Assembly (NCBI GenBank): GCA_041737965.1
Contig: JBGSQT010000001.1
Span: 33,848-97,847 of the forward strand
From: Spirochaetota bacterium
GTDB taxonomy: Bacteria; Spirochaetota; UBA4802; UBA5550
Direction: 5' to 3'
DNA length: 64,000 nt
Shown: positions 1 through 10,297 of the stretch, in pieces
Numbering within the stretch: the stretch's first letter is position 1
Layout: every line of letters begins with the position of its first letter
Made by a program: the position numbers and the translations under genes
Notes under the pieces: model-generated
What the model was told of the DNA's origin: nothing
The model's database searches: none
What the model saw: only the letters and a program-made list of their open reading frames with translations

Positions 1-786
1 ATCGTTCTGGGATACCAGACTTCACGCGAGGATTTTCATCGGGCAGTGGGGAGGAGCTCCGTCCTCTGCGATGAGCGGGTTCTGGACGTGTTTTTTGCAG
101 CCTCAGGGTTCGCGCATTGCCTGGATGTCATGACCGGGCTTCCAGGTCAGGGGGAGCGCGATGTGGAGAGTGAGCTGGATTTGATTTGCCGCTTCGCTCC
201 TGACCATATATCGGCCTATTCCCTTGCGGTGGAGGAAAAATCCCCCCTGGCATCACGATTCGCCGAGACTGAGGAGTTCTCAGCGGCCCAACGGAAGTGC
301 ATGGAGGCGGCGATGGATTTTCTCGCCTCCAGGGGATACCGGCAGTACGAAATATCGAATTTCGCGCTCCCCGGACGTGAATCGAGGCACAATATCAAAT
401 ACTGGACCTTTCAGCCCTATATCGGGCTGGGGCCAAGGTCCCACTCTTTTTTCCGGGGGGCGCGCTCCTGGGTTGACATGACGGTATGGGAGTATCTCGA
501 ATCGGAACACATCAAAATCGGGTGGGACCGCAGGGGGAGAGGCGCCATGATGGCCGAATTCATCATGACCGGTCTCCGGATGGCGGACGGGATTTCGCTC
601 GACCGCATGGAAAAAATCGTCGGAAAGACGCCGGGCCCTGTTCTGGACAGGATTCGGGGGCTTGAGGAGTCGGGGCTCGTTGCAGTATTCCGCACCAGCG
701 GAGGGGAGGTGTGTCTGCGGCTCACCAGGGAGGGTATATTCGTGTCCGACTGGGTAATCTACACTATCGTCGAAGATCTTGTTTAA
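1..786 (+). CDS. hemW: Radical SAM HemN/HemW-family protein, C-terminal part; the gene starts upstream of the window
   Basis: The frame is open from base 1. Motifs ISAYSL, HNIKYW and YIGLGP..HSF, plus the C-terminal HemN_C-like region, are typical of HemW/HemN-like proteins. Confidence 0.7.
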   Translation: MVLGYQTSREDFHRAVGRSSVLCDERVLDVFFAASGFAHCLDVMTGLPGQGERDVESELDLICRFAPDHISAYSLAVEEKSPLASRFAETEEFSAAQRKCMEAAMDFLASRGYRQYEISNFALPGRESRHNIKYWTFQPYIGLGPRSHSFFRGARSWVDMTVWEYLESEHIKIGWDRRGRGAMMAEFIMTGLRMADGISLDRMEKIVGKTPGPVLDRIRGLEESGLVAVFRTSGGEVCLRLTREGIFVSDWVIYTIVEDLV

Positions 787-798
787 ATCACGGGGGCT

Positions 799-1668
799 TC
801 AATCCCTGATTATGTGGTATTTTTTATAGTTGTTGTTGATCCGGTTGTAATACTCCGCCGCTTCCGCGTTTCCCAGAATCTTATAGTAATACGAAAGGAG
901 TTCGCTTGACTTGATGAGGAAGATGTTGACGTCCTTCCCTTTGAGCCCCCTGGCGATTTCCGGGCTGTTGCTTTTAAGTATCCCTATTGCCGAATTGACC
1001 CTTTTGTTCAGCTCGGCCATCTCTGTCATGAAGGCGCGGTTTCCTGAGGTGATCAGTTCCTTGATCACATCGGTGTTAAGCCCTCCCGACAGCAGCTGGT
1101 ATTTTTTTATATGTACGGCGGACATGCTGATCAGGGCCTTTTCATACCCGAGTTTCATCTTATCTTTGAGGAGCAGGTAGGCGCGGACGATATGGTCCTC
1201 TGTCACCGGTGAGGCCTTGAATTTTATATTGTAAAGATTAAATGCCGTCTTCTCAACTTCGCGGTAGTCTATGTCGTTCCTCAATGTTTCGACAAGCTTG
1301 AAGAATTTTTTCGGGTTTCTCTGAATTATGGTGATGTACAGATCGACCCCCTTGATCGCCTCGGCATAAACCGTCAGCCGCTTTGATGAATAATCCTGCA
1401 TCGTGAGATATTTCATCCCCTCGATTATCATGGGCGATTGGGCGGTGACAAGAAGCGCGTCCATGTCAGGCTCAAAATCCTCAGAGGTGCGTTTCCGCTT
1501 TTTTGTCGCAGCGGATTCGTCCTCATCCCGAGACGGGGTTTCCTCGATGTCCTGAGTTGCGGGCAGATCTTCGTCGAAAGTAAAAAGCTCTTCTTCGGTT
1601 CCGGACTCCTCGTTCTCAGACGGACCGTCATCAAAAAGGGAATCGAAATTGTCGCTGTTGTCAGGCAT
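799..1668 (-). CDS. Hypothetical protein with a strongly acidic, probably disordered N-terminus and a helical C-terminal domain
   Basis: Long ORF. The likely start is MPDNSDNF at 1668, just after the stop of the upstream ORF at 1661. I recognise no family. Confidence 0.55.
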   Translation of the reverse strand: MPDNSDNFDSLFDDGPSENEESGTEEELFTFDEDLPATQDIEETPSRDEDESAATKKRKRTSEDFEPDMDALLVTAQSPMIIEGMKYLTMQDYSSKRLTVYAEAIKGVDLYITIIQRNPKKFFKLVETLRNDIDYREVEKTAFNLYNIKFKASPVTEDHIVRAYLLLKDKMKLGYEKALISMSAVHIKKYQLLSGGLNTDVIKELITSGNRAFMTEMAELNKRVNSAIGILKSNSPEIARGLKGKDVNIFLIKSSELLSYYYKILGNAEAAEYYNRINNNYKKYHIIRD

Positions 1669-2062
1669 CCGTGATTCCTTGTTCGGTCCTGTCGCCGAGT
1701 GGGAGTATGTCATACACTATATTAAGCGATATCAGCATCTGGAGAACCCCCTTTAACGGGAGTAGCCTGCCGATCTCAAGGATCTGGGCATCGGTGACTC
1801 CGGAAAAATCCCATTTGGATTTTTCAAACACAAGTATCGAACCGCAATAATCGAAAGAATCTGCGTCGTACATTTTGATTTCTGTTATAGGGCCCATCAT
1901 TATATATATAGCTGTTTCCCACTGTAATAATTTGTCAAGTGCCTTTTTGAGGGCGTATTCCGCCGATGGGTGTGAATTTTTTCCGGGGTTATAATAAATA
2001 AGACACTCTGCAATTTCAGAACAGGACGGAAGAAAGCCGGGATCCGCGATAAAACAGTTCAT
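1661..2062 (-). CDS. Hypothetical protein (133 aa)
   Basis: The ORF is co-directional with, and overlaps by 8 nt, the downstream ORF if that starts at 1668. I recognise no family. Confidence 0.45.
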   Translation of the reverse strand: MNCFIADPGFLPSCSEIAECLIYYNPGKNSHPSAEYALKKALDKLLQWETAIYIMMGPITEIKMYDADSFDYCGSILVFEKSKWDFSGVTDAQILEIGRLLPLKGVLQMLISLNIVYDILPLGDRTEQGITDA

Positions 2063-2121
2063 TGCCGCAATTCAGGGAACGGCACCCCGGGTAGTTGATT
2101 TATATCCGGCGGCAGCGATAA

Positions 2122-2871
2122 CTATTCTGTATTGATTTGCGCGGCGGTATCGGGAAGCACCGGGGCCAGTATTTCTTTGATCTTTATCGCAAAGGCAGCT
2201 CCGGGGTGGACTATGCCGCCAAAGTATTCGGGAGGTCTGGAGAACACGGTAATCCTTGACCCCGATATCGGATGCAGAAAACTGATAATCGTCGAATGAA
2301 GGCATATTGCGCGTCCGGAAACGCAACGGCTTTGACTGCCGTATCTGACGTCCCCGACAATGGGCGTCCCCATTGACGATAATTGCGCCCGGATCTGGTG
2401 TTTTTTTCCGGTGAGGAGGCGTACCAGAATGAGCGTCTGCCGGTCACTGGACGCAATCCAGTGCAGGTTCAGTTTCGCCTCCCTCGCGCCGGCATCTCCC
2501 TCATCAACGATTTCAGATATTCCCCTTTTTCTCGCGATTTTCTGGTCCAGTTCCACCCAGCGGTCACGGGGTGTCATCCCTCCTGCTTCGGTCACAGCGG
2601 TGTAAATTTTTATCATGCTTCTCGAGCGGATCTCCCGACTGATTCGAGCGGCTGCTTTGGATGTTTTCGCAAAAAGGATCGCACCGGACACCGGTTTGTC
2701 AAGCCGCTGTACCATGCCGAGAAACACGTTTCCCGGTTTGTGGTATTTTTCCCGCAGATAGCGTTTAATCATGTCTGTAAGGGCGGTGTCGCCGGTACTG
2801 TCGCTCTGCGTGAGAGTGCCGGCCTCCTTTTCCACCGCAATCAGGTGATTGTCTTCATAAAGTATTTTCAT
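2122..2871 (-). CDS. RluA-family 23S rRNA/tRNA pseudouridine synthase
   Basis: Motifs RLDKPVSG (catalytic Asp), HQIRAQL and GDVRYG. Length and domain order match the RluA/RluD catalytic domain, without an S4 domain. Confidence 0.85.
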   Translation of the reverse strand: MKILYEDNHLIAVEKEAGTLTQSDSTGDTALTDMIKRYLREKYHKPGNVFLGMVQRLDKPVSGAILFAKTSKAAARISREIRSRSMIKIYTAVTEAGGMTPRDRWVELDQKIARKRGISEIVDEGDAGAREAKLNLHWIASSDRQTLILVRLLTGKKHQIRAQLSSMGTPIVGDVRYGSQSRCVSGRAICLHSTIISFLHPISGSRITVFSRPPEYFGGIVHPGAAFAIKIKEILAPVLPDTAAQINTE

Positions 2872-2986
2872 GGTTCCCGGGACTTTGTATAGAGTAAAAA
2901 TCGATGATACTTCGGATAATGTAATTGACTGGAGCGCATAGTATGGTATTTTTCAAATCATATTTAATAAAAAGGCGGACTCCAAA

Positions 2987-3259
2987 ATGAAAAAAATAAT
3001 TGTAGCGCTTTTTTTATCGGCTCCGTTTTTCCTTCAGACGGTAACCATCGATGCGAATCCACTGATCATGAATCTTCAGAGAAACGGGAAAAAAGTCCAT
3101 TTCGTCACCAGAAACGGGCAGCAGGTAAATAACTGCATGTACTGCCATAGCGGTACCCCGATCAAGCAGACACCGGCACAAAATTATCGAAAAGGCCAGG
3201 CGAATTATGGGAAACTCCGCTCAATTCCCAAATGCGGGGGGAGCGGCTGTCACACATAA
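2987..3259 (+). CDS. Small secreted c-type cytochrome-like protein (90 aa)
   Basis: N-terminal signal peptide MKKIIVALFLSAPFF. One CxxCH motif (CMYCH) and a C-terminal CGGSGCH (Cx4CH) motif. Confidence 0.5.
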   Translation: MKKIIVALFLSAPFFLQTVTIDANPLIMNLQRNGKKVHFVTRNGQQVNNCMYCHSGTPIKQTPAQNYRKGQANYGKLRSIPKCGGSGCHT

Positions 3260-3304
3260 AAAAAGCTTGAAAAAAAACAATAATTCAAAATATTGGTCAG
3301 ATAA

Positions 3305-3386
3305 GCGAGCGTGGTGGAACTGGCAGACACGCTAGACTTAGGATCTAGTGCCGCAAGGCGTGGGGGTTCGATTCCCTTCGCTCGCA
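3305..3386 (+). tRNA. tRNA-Leu, anticodon TAG
   Basis: Acceptor stem gcgagcg/cgctcgc. Anticodon stem ctaga/tctag with loop cTTAGga. Long variable arm, and T-loop ggttcgattcc. Confidence 0.9.
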
Positions 3387-3391
3387 AGTCG

Positions 3392-3463
<72 letters not shown>

Positions 3464-3471
3464 CATGTATC

Positions 3472-3499
3472 CCGGCTCTGACGAGCCGGTTTGTGTATT
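3472..3499 (+). terminator. Rho-independent terminator after the tRNA pair
   Basis: 7-bp stem ccggctc/gagccgg with loop tgac, followed by the T-rich tract tttgtgtatt. Confidence 0.55.
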
Positions 3500-3637
3500 A
3501 ACCGAAATGCGCAGTGTCCCTCTTTTTTTTATCCGGGTAATAATAGCACATCAAAGAAAAAAATTATTTGACGCTCCGCATCGCGTCTCAGCGTAGTAAT
3601 AATCACGCTATGATATTTAATAAGAGGTGTTATACAA

Positions 3638-4975
3638 TTGAATATATCTGAAAAAAAACTGGAAAACGCGACTATGGAGCTTCAGATAGAGGTGCCCGCG
3701 GATAAGGTCGACGCCGAATACGTGACGGTATTCGAAAATCTGCAAAAAAAGGTGAAAATCGACGGGTTCAGAAAGGGGAAAGCGCCGCTGAATCTTGTTG
3801 AATCAAGGTTTATAGATGAGGCGGACAAAGAAGTCGTTGAAGGCCTCGTGCGGAAAATGTTTCTTGAAGCCGTAACTGAAAAGCAGTATACGCCTATTGC
3901 CCAGCCCCACTACAGTGTCGAGCGCCAGGTCAAACGCGGAGAGCCCTTTTCTTTCAGCGTTCATTTTGAGGTCCCGCCGACCGTGGTTCTCGGGAAATAC
4001 CGTGATATAGCGGCGGAAGAGAGAAGTGTCACTATAAAGGAGAGCGATGTTGCGGATGAAATCACCGCTATCCGGGAGAGGGACGCGAAAATATCAAAAA
4101 AAGAATCCGGTTCAGTACAAAACGGCGATTATGTTAAGATAAAAGTAAAACGCCTGGATGATCCGAAACAGGATAAGGAGACGCCGCCGTCATATAAAGA
4201 TTACTCGATAATAGTCGGCAAGAGCAAAGATAGTTCTTCATTGGATAAATACATTGTCGGAATGTCAATCGGTGAAGAGAGGGAAGTTGATGTGAAGTAT
4301 CCAAAAGACTATTCAATCAAGGATCTGGCGGGACAGAAGGTGACGTATCAGGTAAGAATCGAGGAATTAAGCGATTTTGAACTGCCTCCTCTTGATGATG
4401 ACTACGTAAAAAAACACAATTTTTCCTCTGTTCAGGAAATGAAGGAAAAGATTACTGAAAATATCAACAAATATGTCGCCGAAAAAACAAGAGGAGAAGT
4501 GAAAGCCGACATTCTGCGGAAGATCGTCGAGTCTTCAACCTATGATATTCCTGAATCTATGATTCAGACTGAAATGGTTAACTTATTTAGAAAGATGCAG
4601 GAGCGGTTCGGGTATCAGATCGACTCAATCGAGAAATTCGCGTCGATCTTCGGGATAGACAAGGACGAGTTTGTGAATAAATTGCGGAGTGAGTCCTCCC
4701 AGTCGATACAAACCTCACTGGCCCTTCATGAAATAGCCAAGGCCGAATCGATAACGGTTTCTGAAGAGCGGATTGCCGAGGTAGTACGCGCAATAGCGGA
4801 AAGAAACAACAAAACCGACGAGGAAGTCCTTCAGCTCCTTGATCAGAACGAAGGAAGAAGCAGGGTCGAAAACGAACTGATCATGGATCAGACAATGGAT
4901 TTTATCTACGATCACGCGAAGGTGAAGAAGCTGAAAAGCATTTCATATGAAGAATTTATGAAAAGCATATCGTAA
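3638..4975 (+). CDS. tig: Trigger factor (ribosome-associated PPIase chaperone)
   Basis: N-terminal GFRKGKAP ribosome-binding motif, 445 aa, TTG start. It lies directly upstream of clpP-clpX-lon, as in many bacteria. Confidence 0.95.
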   Translation: MNISEKKLENATMELQIEVPADKVDAEYVTVFENLQKKVKIDGFRKGKAPLNLVESRFIDEADKEVVEGLVRKMFLEAVTEKQYTPIAQPHYSVERQVKRGEPFSFSVHFEVPPTVVLGKYRDIAAEERSVTIKESDVADEITAIRERDAKISKKESGSVQNGDYVKIKVKRLDDPKQDKETPPSYKDYSIIVGKSKDSSSLDKYIVGMSIGEEREVDVKYPKDYSIKDLAGQKVTYQVRIEELSDFELPPLDDDYVKKHNFSSVQEMKEKITENINKYVAEKTRGEVKADILRKIVESSTYDIPESMIQTEMVNLFRKMQERFGYQIDSIEKFASIFGIDKDEFVNKLRSESSQSIQTSLALHEIAKAESITVSEERIAEVVRAIAERNNKTDEEVLQLLDQNEGRSRVENELIMDQTMDFIYDHAKVKKLKSISYEEFMKSIS

Positions 4976-5196
4976 AAAAGCTGCCGCCGTCGTCGGCGCG
5001 GTTGAAATGCGGTGCGTTTATGTGTATCTTGTTGTATTATGCTGCCTGTAAAGGTAATTAAGGCGGTAATATTAAAAATGTTCTTTGAATGTCAAGTAAT
5101 GCCGAAATAAAATATGAACGCTGAAACAACGGAAGATGCAACCTCAAAGACGTTCGATCGGATTGCAATCTATCACTTCAATGGAAGGAGTTACCA

Positions 5197-5778
5197 ATGA
5201 GTCTGATTCCCATAGTAGTCGAGCAGACAAGCCGGGGTGAGAGATCCTATGATATTTACTCCCGATTGTTAAAAGACCGGATCATTTTTCTCGGTGAACC
5301 GATTAATGACCATATTTCAAGCCTTATTATCGCTCAGATGCTTTTTTTAGAGGCGGAAGAACCTGATAAAGACATATTCCTGTATATTAATTCCCCTGGA
5401 GGCATTGTTACATCGGGACTGGCGATATACGACACCATGCAGTATATAAAACCGGATGTGGCGACAATATGCATCGGACAGGCCGCGTCCATGGGTTCAC
5501 TTCTTCTCGCGGCGGGGGCCAGCGGGAAACGATCGGCGCTTCCCAATTCCAGGATCATGATCCATCAGCCCGCAGGAGGCTTTGAAGGCCAGGCCTCCGA
5601 TATCGCCATCCACGCGAAGGAAATTCTAAAGGTTAAGCAAAAACTGAATGAAATTTATGCGAAACACACTAAAAAGAACGTGGATGTGATAGAGAATGAC
5701 ATGGACAGGGATTATTTCATGTCTTCTGATGAGGCCAAAGACTACGGTATTATCGATAAAGTCATTGTGAGAGAGTAA
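5197..5778 (+). CDS. clpP: ATP-dependent Clp protease proteolytic subunit
   Basis: [26 protein letters not shown] (catalytic Ser) and IMIHQP (catalytic His). 193 aa. Confidence 0.97.
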   Translation: MSLIPIVVEQTSRGERSYDIYSRLLKDRIIFLGEPINDHISSLIIAQMLFLEAEEPDKDIFLYINSPGGIVTSGLAIYDTMQYIKPDVATICIGQAASMGSLLLAAGASGKRSALPNSRIMIHQPAGGFEGQASDIAIHAKEILKVKQKLNEIYAKHTKKNVDVIENDMDRDYFMSSDEAKDYGIIDKVIVRE

Positions 5779-5792
5779 ATTCAGAGGTAGTT

Positions 5793-7049
5793 ATGGCAAC
5801 GAAAAAAAAGGATGAAAAAACGAAGCTTTTCTGCTCTTTTTGCGGAAAAAGCCAGGATATTGTCAGGAAACTGGTTGCAGGTCCTGAAGTATATATTTGC
5901 GACGAATGCATAGAACTCTGCAACGAAATAGTCGCCGAAGAAAAGGAGATCAGTTCGGAAGACCAGTTAAAAAATCTTCCGAAGCCGAAGGATATCAAGT
6001 CATTTCTCGATCAGTACGTCATCGGGCAGGAGGACGCAAAGAAAGTGCTCTCCGTGGCCGTGTACAATCATTACAAGCGCATCTTCTCAAACAGCAACCT
6101 TAAAAAAAGCGAGGTGGAGCTTGATAAAAGCAACATCCTGCTGGTGGGGCCCACGGGATCAGGGAAAACCCTGCTTGCGCAAACGCTTGCCAAGATGCTT
6201 CATGTGCCTTTCGCGATCGCGGACGCCACCTCGCTCACCGAGGCCGGATATGTCGGTGAGGACGTAGAAAACATACTTCTCCGCCTTATTCAGAACGCTG
6301 AAGGTGATGTAAAAAAAGCGGAGATGGGTATCGTCTATATAGACGAAATTGATAAAATATCAAGAAAATCAGAGAACCCGTCAATAACCCGGGACGTTTC
6401 CGGTGAAGGGGTCCAGCAGGCCCTGCTCAAGATTATTGAGGGAACCACCGCCAATGTTCCTCCCCAGGGGGGGAGAAAACACCCCCATCAGGAATTCATC
6501 GCCATAGATACGAAAAACATTCTGTTTATCGTAGGCGGCGCCTTTGTTGCCCTGGATAAAGTTGTGGGGACCCGGGTCGGGAAAAAACTGCTTGGTTTTG
6601 GCGCGGAGATCAGGTCGACGGGAGCCGGTGAAACGGAAAATATTCTGAAACAATTGATACCGGAGGACCTCATAAAGTATGGGCTCATTCCGGAGTTCGT
6701 CGGTCGTCTGCCGGTTGTCGCAGTATTGGATGAACTGGACAGGGGGGCGCTGGTGAAGATCCTTACCGAACCGAAAAACGCCCTTTTAAAGCAGTATTCC
6801 AAAATGTTCTCCTTCGAGGAAGTGGAACTGGAGTTTACCGTAGAGGCGATCAACGAAATAGCCGCCAAATCCTTTGAAAGGGAGTCCGGCGCGCGAGGGC
6901 TGAGGGCCGTTATGGAGAAACTGATGATGGACCTGATGTACGACATACCGTCCCAGGACAATATCGCCAAGGTGATCATCACCGAGGACGTTGTGAAAGG
7001 GATCGCCCCGCCGGAGCTTATGTATCGAAAGGAGGAGAAGTCCGCGTGA
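5793..7049 (+). CDS. clpX: ATP-dependent Clp protease ATP-binding subunit ClpX
   Basis: N-terminal zinc finger CSFCGK...CDEC, Walker A GPTGSGKT and Walker [10 protein letters not shown]. 418 aa. Confidence 0.97.
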   Translation: MATKKKDEKTKLFCSFCGKSQDIVRKLVAGPEVYICDECIELCNEIVAEEKEISSEDQLKNLPKPKDIKSFLDQYVIGQEDAKKVLSVAVYNHYKRIFSNSNLKKSEVELDKSNILLVGPTGSGKTLLAQTLAKMLHVPFAIADATSLTEAGYVGEDVENILLRLIQNAEGDVKKAEMGIVYIDEIDKISRKSENPSITRDVSGEGVQQALLKIIEGTTANVPPQGGRKHPHQEFIAIDTKNILFIVGGAFVALDKVVGTRVGKKLLGFGAEIRSTGAGETENILKQLIPEDLIKYGLIPEFVGRLPVVAVLDELDRGALVKILTEPKNALLKQYSKMFSFEEVELEFTVEAINEIAAKSFERESGARGLRAVMEKLMMDLMYDIPSQDNIAKVIITEDVVKGIAPPELMYRKEEKSA

Positions 7050-7087
7050 CACTCCGGGGTAAATTTTAGGCGAAAAGTGTAGGCAAC

Positions 7088-9535
7088 ATGCAGAAAAAAA
7101 TAGATTTTAAAAAGGAATACCCTCTGCTCCCGCTCAGGGACGTTGTGGTGTTCCCTCATATGGTCATTCCCCTGTTTGTGGGGAGGGAAAAGTCGGTCAA
7201 CGCGCTCGATGAGGCCATGAAGAGCGATCGTTTTATCGTGCTGGCCACCCAGATGGACGCGCAGATTTCGAATCCGGAGATGAAGGACCTCTACGATGTG
7301 GGGACAGTCGCGGAGATACTGCAGCTGCTGAAGCTTCCCGACGGTACCATCAAGGTGCTCGTCGAGGGGATCACCAGGGCGTATCTGTCCGGTGTTGACA
7401 CGGAAGGCGATTACCATCTCGCCGAAGTGAGGGAGATCGAGCGTTATGTGGAACAGGGCCAGAACGTGATCGCCCTGAGGAGGTCGCTGCTCGATACCTT
7501 TGACAAGTACATCAAGATAAACAAAAAAGTGCCCAAGGAGGCGCTCTCTTCGGTTTCCAGCATCGAAGACCTTTCCCAGCTGGCCGACGTGGTGGCGTCC
7601 CATGTGGACATGAAGATCGAGTTCAAGCAGTCGATTCTTGACCTCGGCAACCCCTCTGAACGCATAGAAAAACTGATAGAGCTCATCAACGGCGAAATAG
7701 AGATAATGTTCATCGAGAAGAAGATTCAGGGGCAGGTGCGCAAGCACATGGAGAAGACCCAGAAGGAGTACTATCTCAACGAGCAGATGAAGGTCATTAA
7801 AAAAGAGCTGGGCCAGGACGAAGGCGAGGTTGACGAGATCGATGAATTGAAAAAATCGGTGGACGCGGCAAACATGAGCAAAGAAGCGAAGACCAAGGCG
7901 CTTCAGGAGATAAAGAGGCTTGAAAAGATGCCGCCCATGTCGGCCGAGTCCGCGGTCGTGAGAAATTATATCGAGTGGCTCAGGGACGTGCCCTGGTACA
8001 AAAGGACACGCGACAACAGGGACATCGAGCACGCCATGAATATACTGAACGAGGACCATTACGGCCTCGAGGAAGTGAAGGAGCGCATAATCGAGTATAT
8101 CGCCGTGCGACAGCTTTCCAAGAGCCTGAAGGGGCCGATACTCTGCTTTGTGGGGCCTCCAGGAGTGGGCAAAACCTCCCTCGGCAGGTCCGTGGCCAGG
8201 GCGCTGGGAAGAAAATTCGTCAGGATGTCACTCGGAGGCGTACGCGACGAGGCGGAGATTCGCGGACATAGAAGAACGTACGTCGGCGCGCTTCCGGGCA
8301 GGATCATTCAGATGATGAAAAAATCCGGAACGGTCAATCCCCTGATACTGCTCGACGAGATCGATAAAATGTCAATGGATTTCAGGGGCGATCCCTCCTC
8401 GGCGCTTCTGGAGGTGCTGGACCCGGAACAGAACAATTCCTTCCAGGACCATTACATGGAAGTAACCTATAATCTCAGCAATGTCATGTTTATCACCACC
8501 GCAAATGTTCAGCACAAAATTCCACTGCCGCTGTACGACAGGATGGAGATAATTGAGATATCCAGCTATACCGAGCCGGAAAAGCTCAATATTGCCCTGC
8601 AGTTTCTGCTGAGCAAACAGATCACGGAAAACGGGCTCGAACAGGAGAACATCGTCTATTCGGAAGAGGCGATGCTTTACACGATACGCCACTATACGCG
8701 CGAGGCCGGCGTGAGGAGCCTGGAAAGGGTCATCGCGAAGGTGTGCAGAAAAGTAGGCCGCGAGGTGGTATTGAAAGGGAAGGGCTATTCAAGAACCATC
8801 GACGAGGTGACGCTGCACGAATTTCTCGGGCCGACCAAGTTCAAGTACGGCGTTAAAGAGAAGAAAGAGGAAGTTGGTCTCGCAAACGGCCTCGCATGGA
8901 CCGAGGTCGGGGGAGATATACTCAATATCGAAGCCCTGTTAACAAAAGGGAAAGGCGTCCTAACTCTTACCGGAAAGCTGGGTGAGGTAATGCAGGAATC
9001 GGCGCAGGCCGCCTTTACCTATGTGAAGGCAAATCAGCAGTTTTTCAACATAGAGGAAGAGCTGGTGAAGGTGAACGACGTGCACCTGCATGTACCGGAA
9101 GGCGCGATACCGAAAGACGGCCCGTCAGCCGGTATCACCATGGGAGTGGTTATCGCATCCTTGTTCAGCAATATCCCGGTCCGATGTGATGTAGCCATGA
9201 CAGGCGAAATCACCCTGAGGGGGAAGGTGCTCCCCATCGGCGGCCTGAAAGAGAAAGTGCTTGCGGCACACAGGGCCCAGATAACCCACGTAATAATTCC
9301 GGAGGAAAACAGAAAGGACCTGGAAAAAATTCCCGAGTATGTCAGGGAGAGGATGACTTTTCATCCGGTCACGACCATGGAGGAAGTGCTGTTCCTTTCA
9401 CTTACCCATCCGGAGAGGTTTTTCAAGGACCATGACAAAACGATGAGCCTTTATAACCGCCTTAAAGGAACCTTGGGGGACTGGGTGCTCGATACCGGTC
9501 CGCTGGATGGCGACGACGCGAAACTGACGATGTAA
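7088..9535 (+). CDS. lon: Lon protease (LonA type)
   Basis: N-terminal LON domain, Walker [10 protein letters not shown], and protease motif PKDGPSAG with the catalytic Ser. 815 aa. Confidence 0.97.
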   Translation: MQKKIDFKKEYPLLPLRDVVVFPHMVIPLFVGREKSVNALDEAMKSDRFIVLATQMDAQISNPEMKDLYDVGTVAEILQLLKLPDGTIKVLVEGITRAYLSGVDTEGDYHLAEVREIERYVEQGQNVIALRRSLLDTFDKYIKINKKVPKEALSSVSSIEDLSQLADVVASHVDMKIEFKQSILDLGNPSERIEKLIELINGEIEIMFIEKKIQGQVRKHMEKTQKEYYLNEQMKVIKKELGQDEGEVDEIDELKKSVDAANMSKEAKTKALQEIKRLEKMPPMSAESAVVRNYIEWLRDVPWYKRTRDNRDIEHAMNILNEDHYGLEEVKERIIEYIAVRQLSKSLKGPILCFVGPPGVGKTSLGRSVARALGRKFVRMSLGGVRDEAEIRGHRRTYVGALPGRIIQMMKKSGTVNPLILLDEIDKMSMDFRGDPSSALLEVLDPEQNNSFQDHYMEVTYNLSNVMFITTANVQHKIPLPLYDRMEIIEISSYTEPEKLNIALQFLLSKQITENGLEQENIVYSEEAMLYTIRHYTREAGVRSLERVIAKVCRKVGREVVLKGKGYSRTIDEVTLHEFLGPTKFKYGVKEKKEEVGLANGLAWTEVGGDILNIEALLTKGKGVLTLTGKLGEVMQESAQAAFTYVKANQQFFNIEEELVKVNDVHLHVPEGAIPKDGPSAGITMGVVIASLFSNIPVRCDVAMTGEITLRGKVLPIGGLKEKVLAAHRAQITHVIIPEENRKDLEKIPEYVRERMTFHPVTTMEEVLFLSLTHPERFFKDHDKTMSLYNRLKGTLGDWVLDTGPLDGDDAKLTM

Positions 9536-9537
9536 GC

Positions 9538-10290
9538 TCAGGCCTTTTCGAAATGGATGATAATCCTGTTCGAGAAGGCCTGGAATGTCTCTTTAATGAA
9601 ACTGGAATAAACGTTTCGAAGAACGAGACCGTTTTCTTTTAGATGACCTTTAAGTTCATCGATGGTGAATGTCCTCATGACATGACGGTCTTTTACCGTT
9701 CGCGAGCCCTCTGACCCATGAATTCTGTAGAGGTAGTTTACCTCAACGATACTTTTTTCCTCGTCTTCCATGAGTTTGAATCCGCGCTCCCTTTCGATTG
9801 ATATTCCTTCATACCTTGTTCTTGAAACGGTGCCCAGATCTTTTTCCTTGATTATTTCGACGGGAACCGTGTTCCATACCTCGAACAGGCCGATTCCGCC
9901 GGGTTTCAGCCCCCGCCATGTATTCCACAGCGTCCTGTCGACGTCGGTGTCGTCGATAAGGTAGTTAAAGGATCCGAAAAGCGACATTATCATGTCGAAT
10001 TCGTTGTAGTAGTCGAAATCCGTCATGCCGCCGAACACGAAATCAGTCGTTTCCGGGTTTCTCTGTCTGGCTATGCGAAGCATGGCCTGGCTGGAGTCAA
10101 GCCCGATACACTCAAATCCCAATCGTGTCAGCTTTTCCAGGTGCTCGCCAGTGCCGCACCCGAGGTCAAGAATTTTCGGCGAGATTTTTCCTTTTAACAG
10201 GGACCGTATAAGGGCGATGTCATTATGTATATCCCGGTGGTTGGATTCAATGGAGAAATAATATTCTGCAAGCTCGTCGTATAGTTTCAT
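9538..10290 (-). CDS. Class I SAM-dependent methyltransferase
   Basis: Motif I ILDLGCGTGEH. The start is placed at MKLYDELAEYY (10290) because the longer ORF would overlap the ptsI 3' end. Confidence 0.8.
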   Translation of the reverse strand: MKLYDELAEYYFSIESNHRDIHNDIALIRSLLKGKISPKILDLGCGTGEHLEKLTRLGFECIGLDSSQAMLRIARQRNPETTDFVFGGMTDFDYYNEFDMIMSLFGSFNYLIDDTDVDRTLWNTWRGLKPGGIGLFEVWNTVPVEIIKEKDLGTVSRTRYEGISIERERGFKLMEDEEKSIVEVNYLYRIHGSEGSRTVKDRHVMRTFTIDELKGHLKENGLVLRNVYSSFIKETFQAFSNRIIIHFEKA

Positions 10291-10297
10291 CGGGTGT

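Noticed and set aside
4976-5196. A possible sigma-32 heat-shock promoter upstream of clpP.
   Set aside because: Only a weak resemblance (tctttgaat) to the CTTGAA -35 element, and no convincing CCCCAT-like -10 at the correct spacing.
6488-8059. A 523-aa minus-strand ORF spanning the clpX-lon junction.
   Set aside because: It is antisense to two unmistakable genes (clpX and lon). Its translation is low-complexity and rich in L, H, V and F with no motifs, and it crosses an intergenic spacer. It is a shadow ORF.
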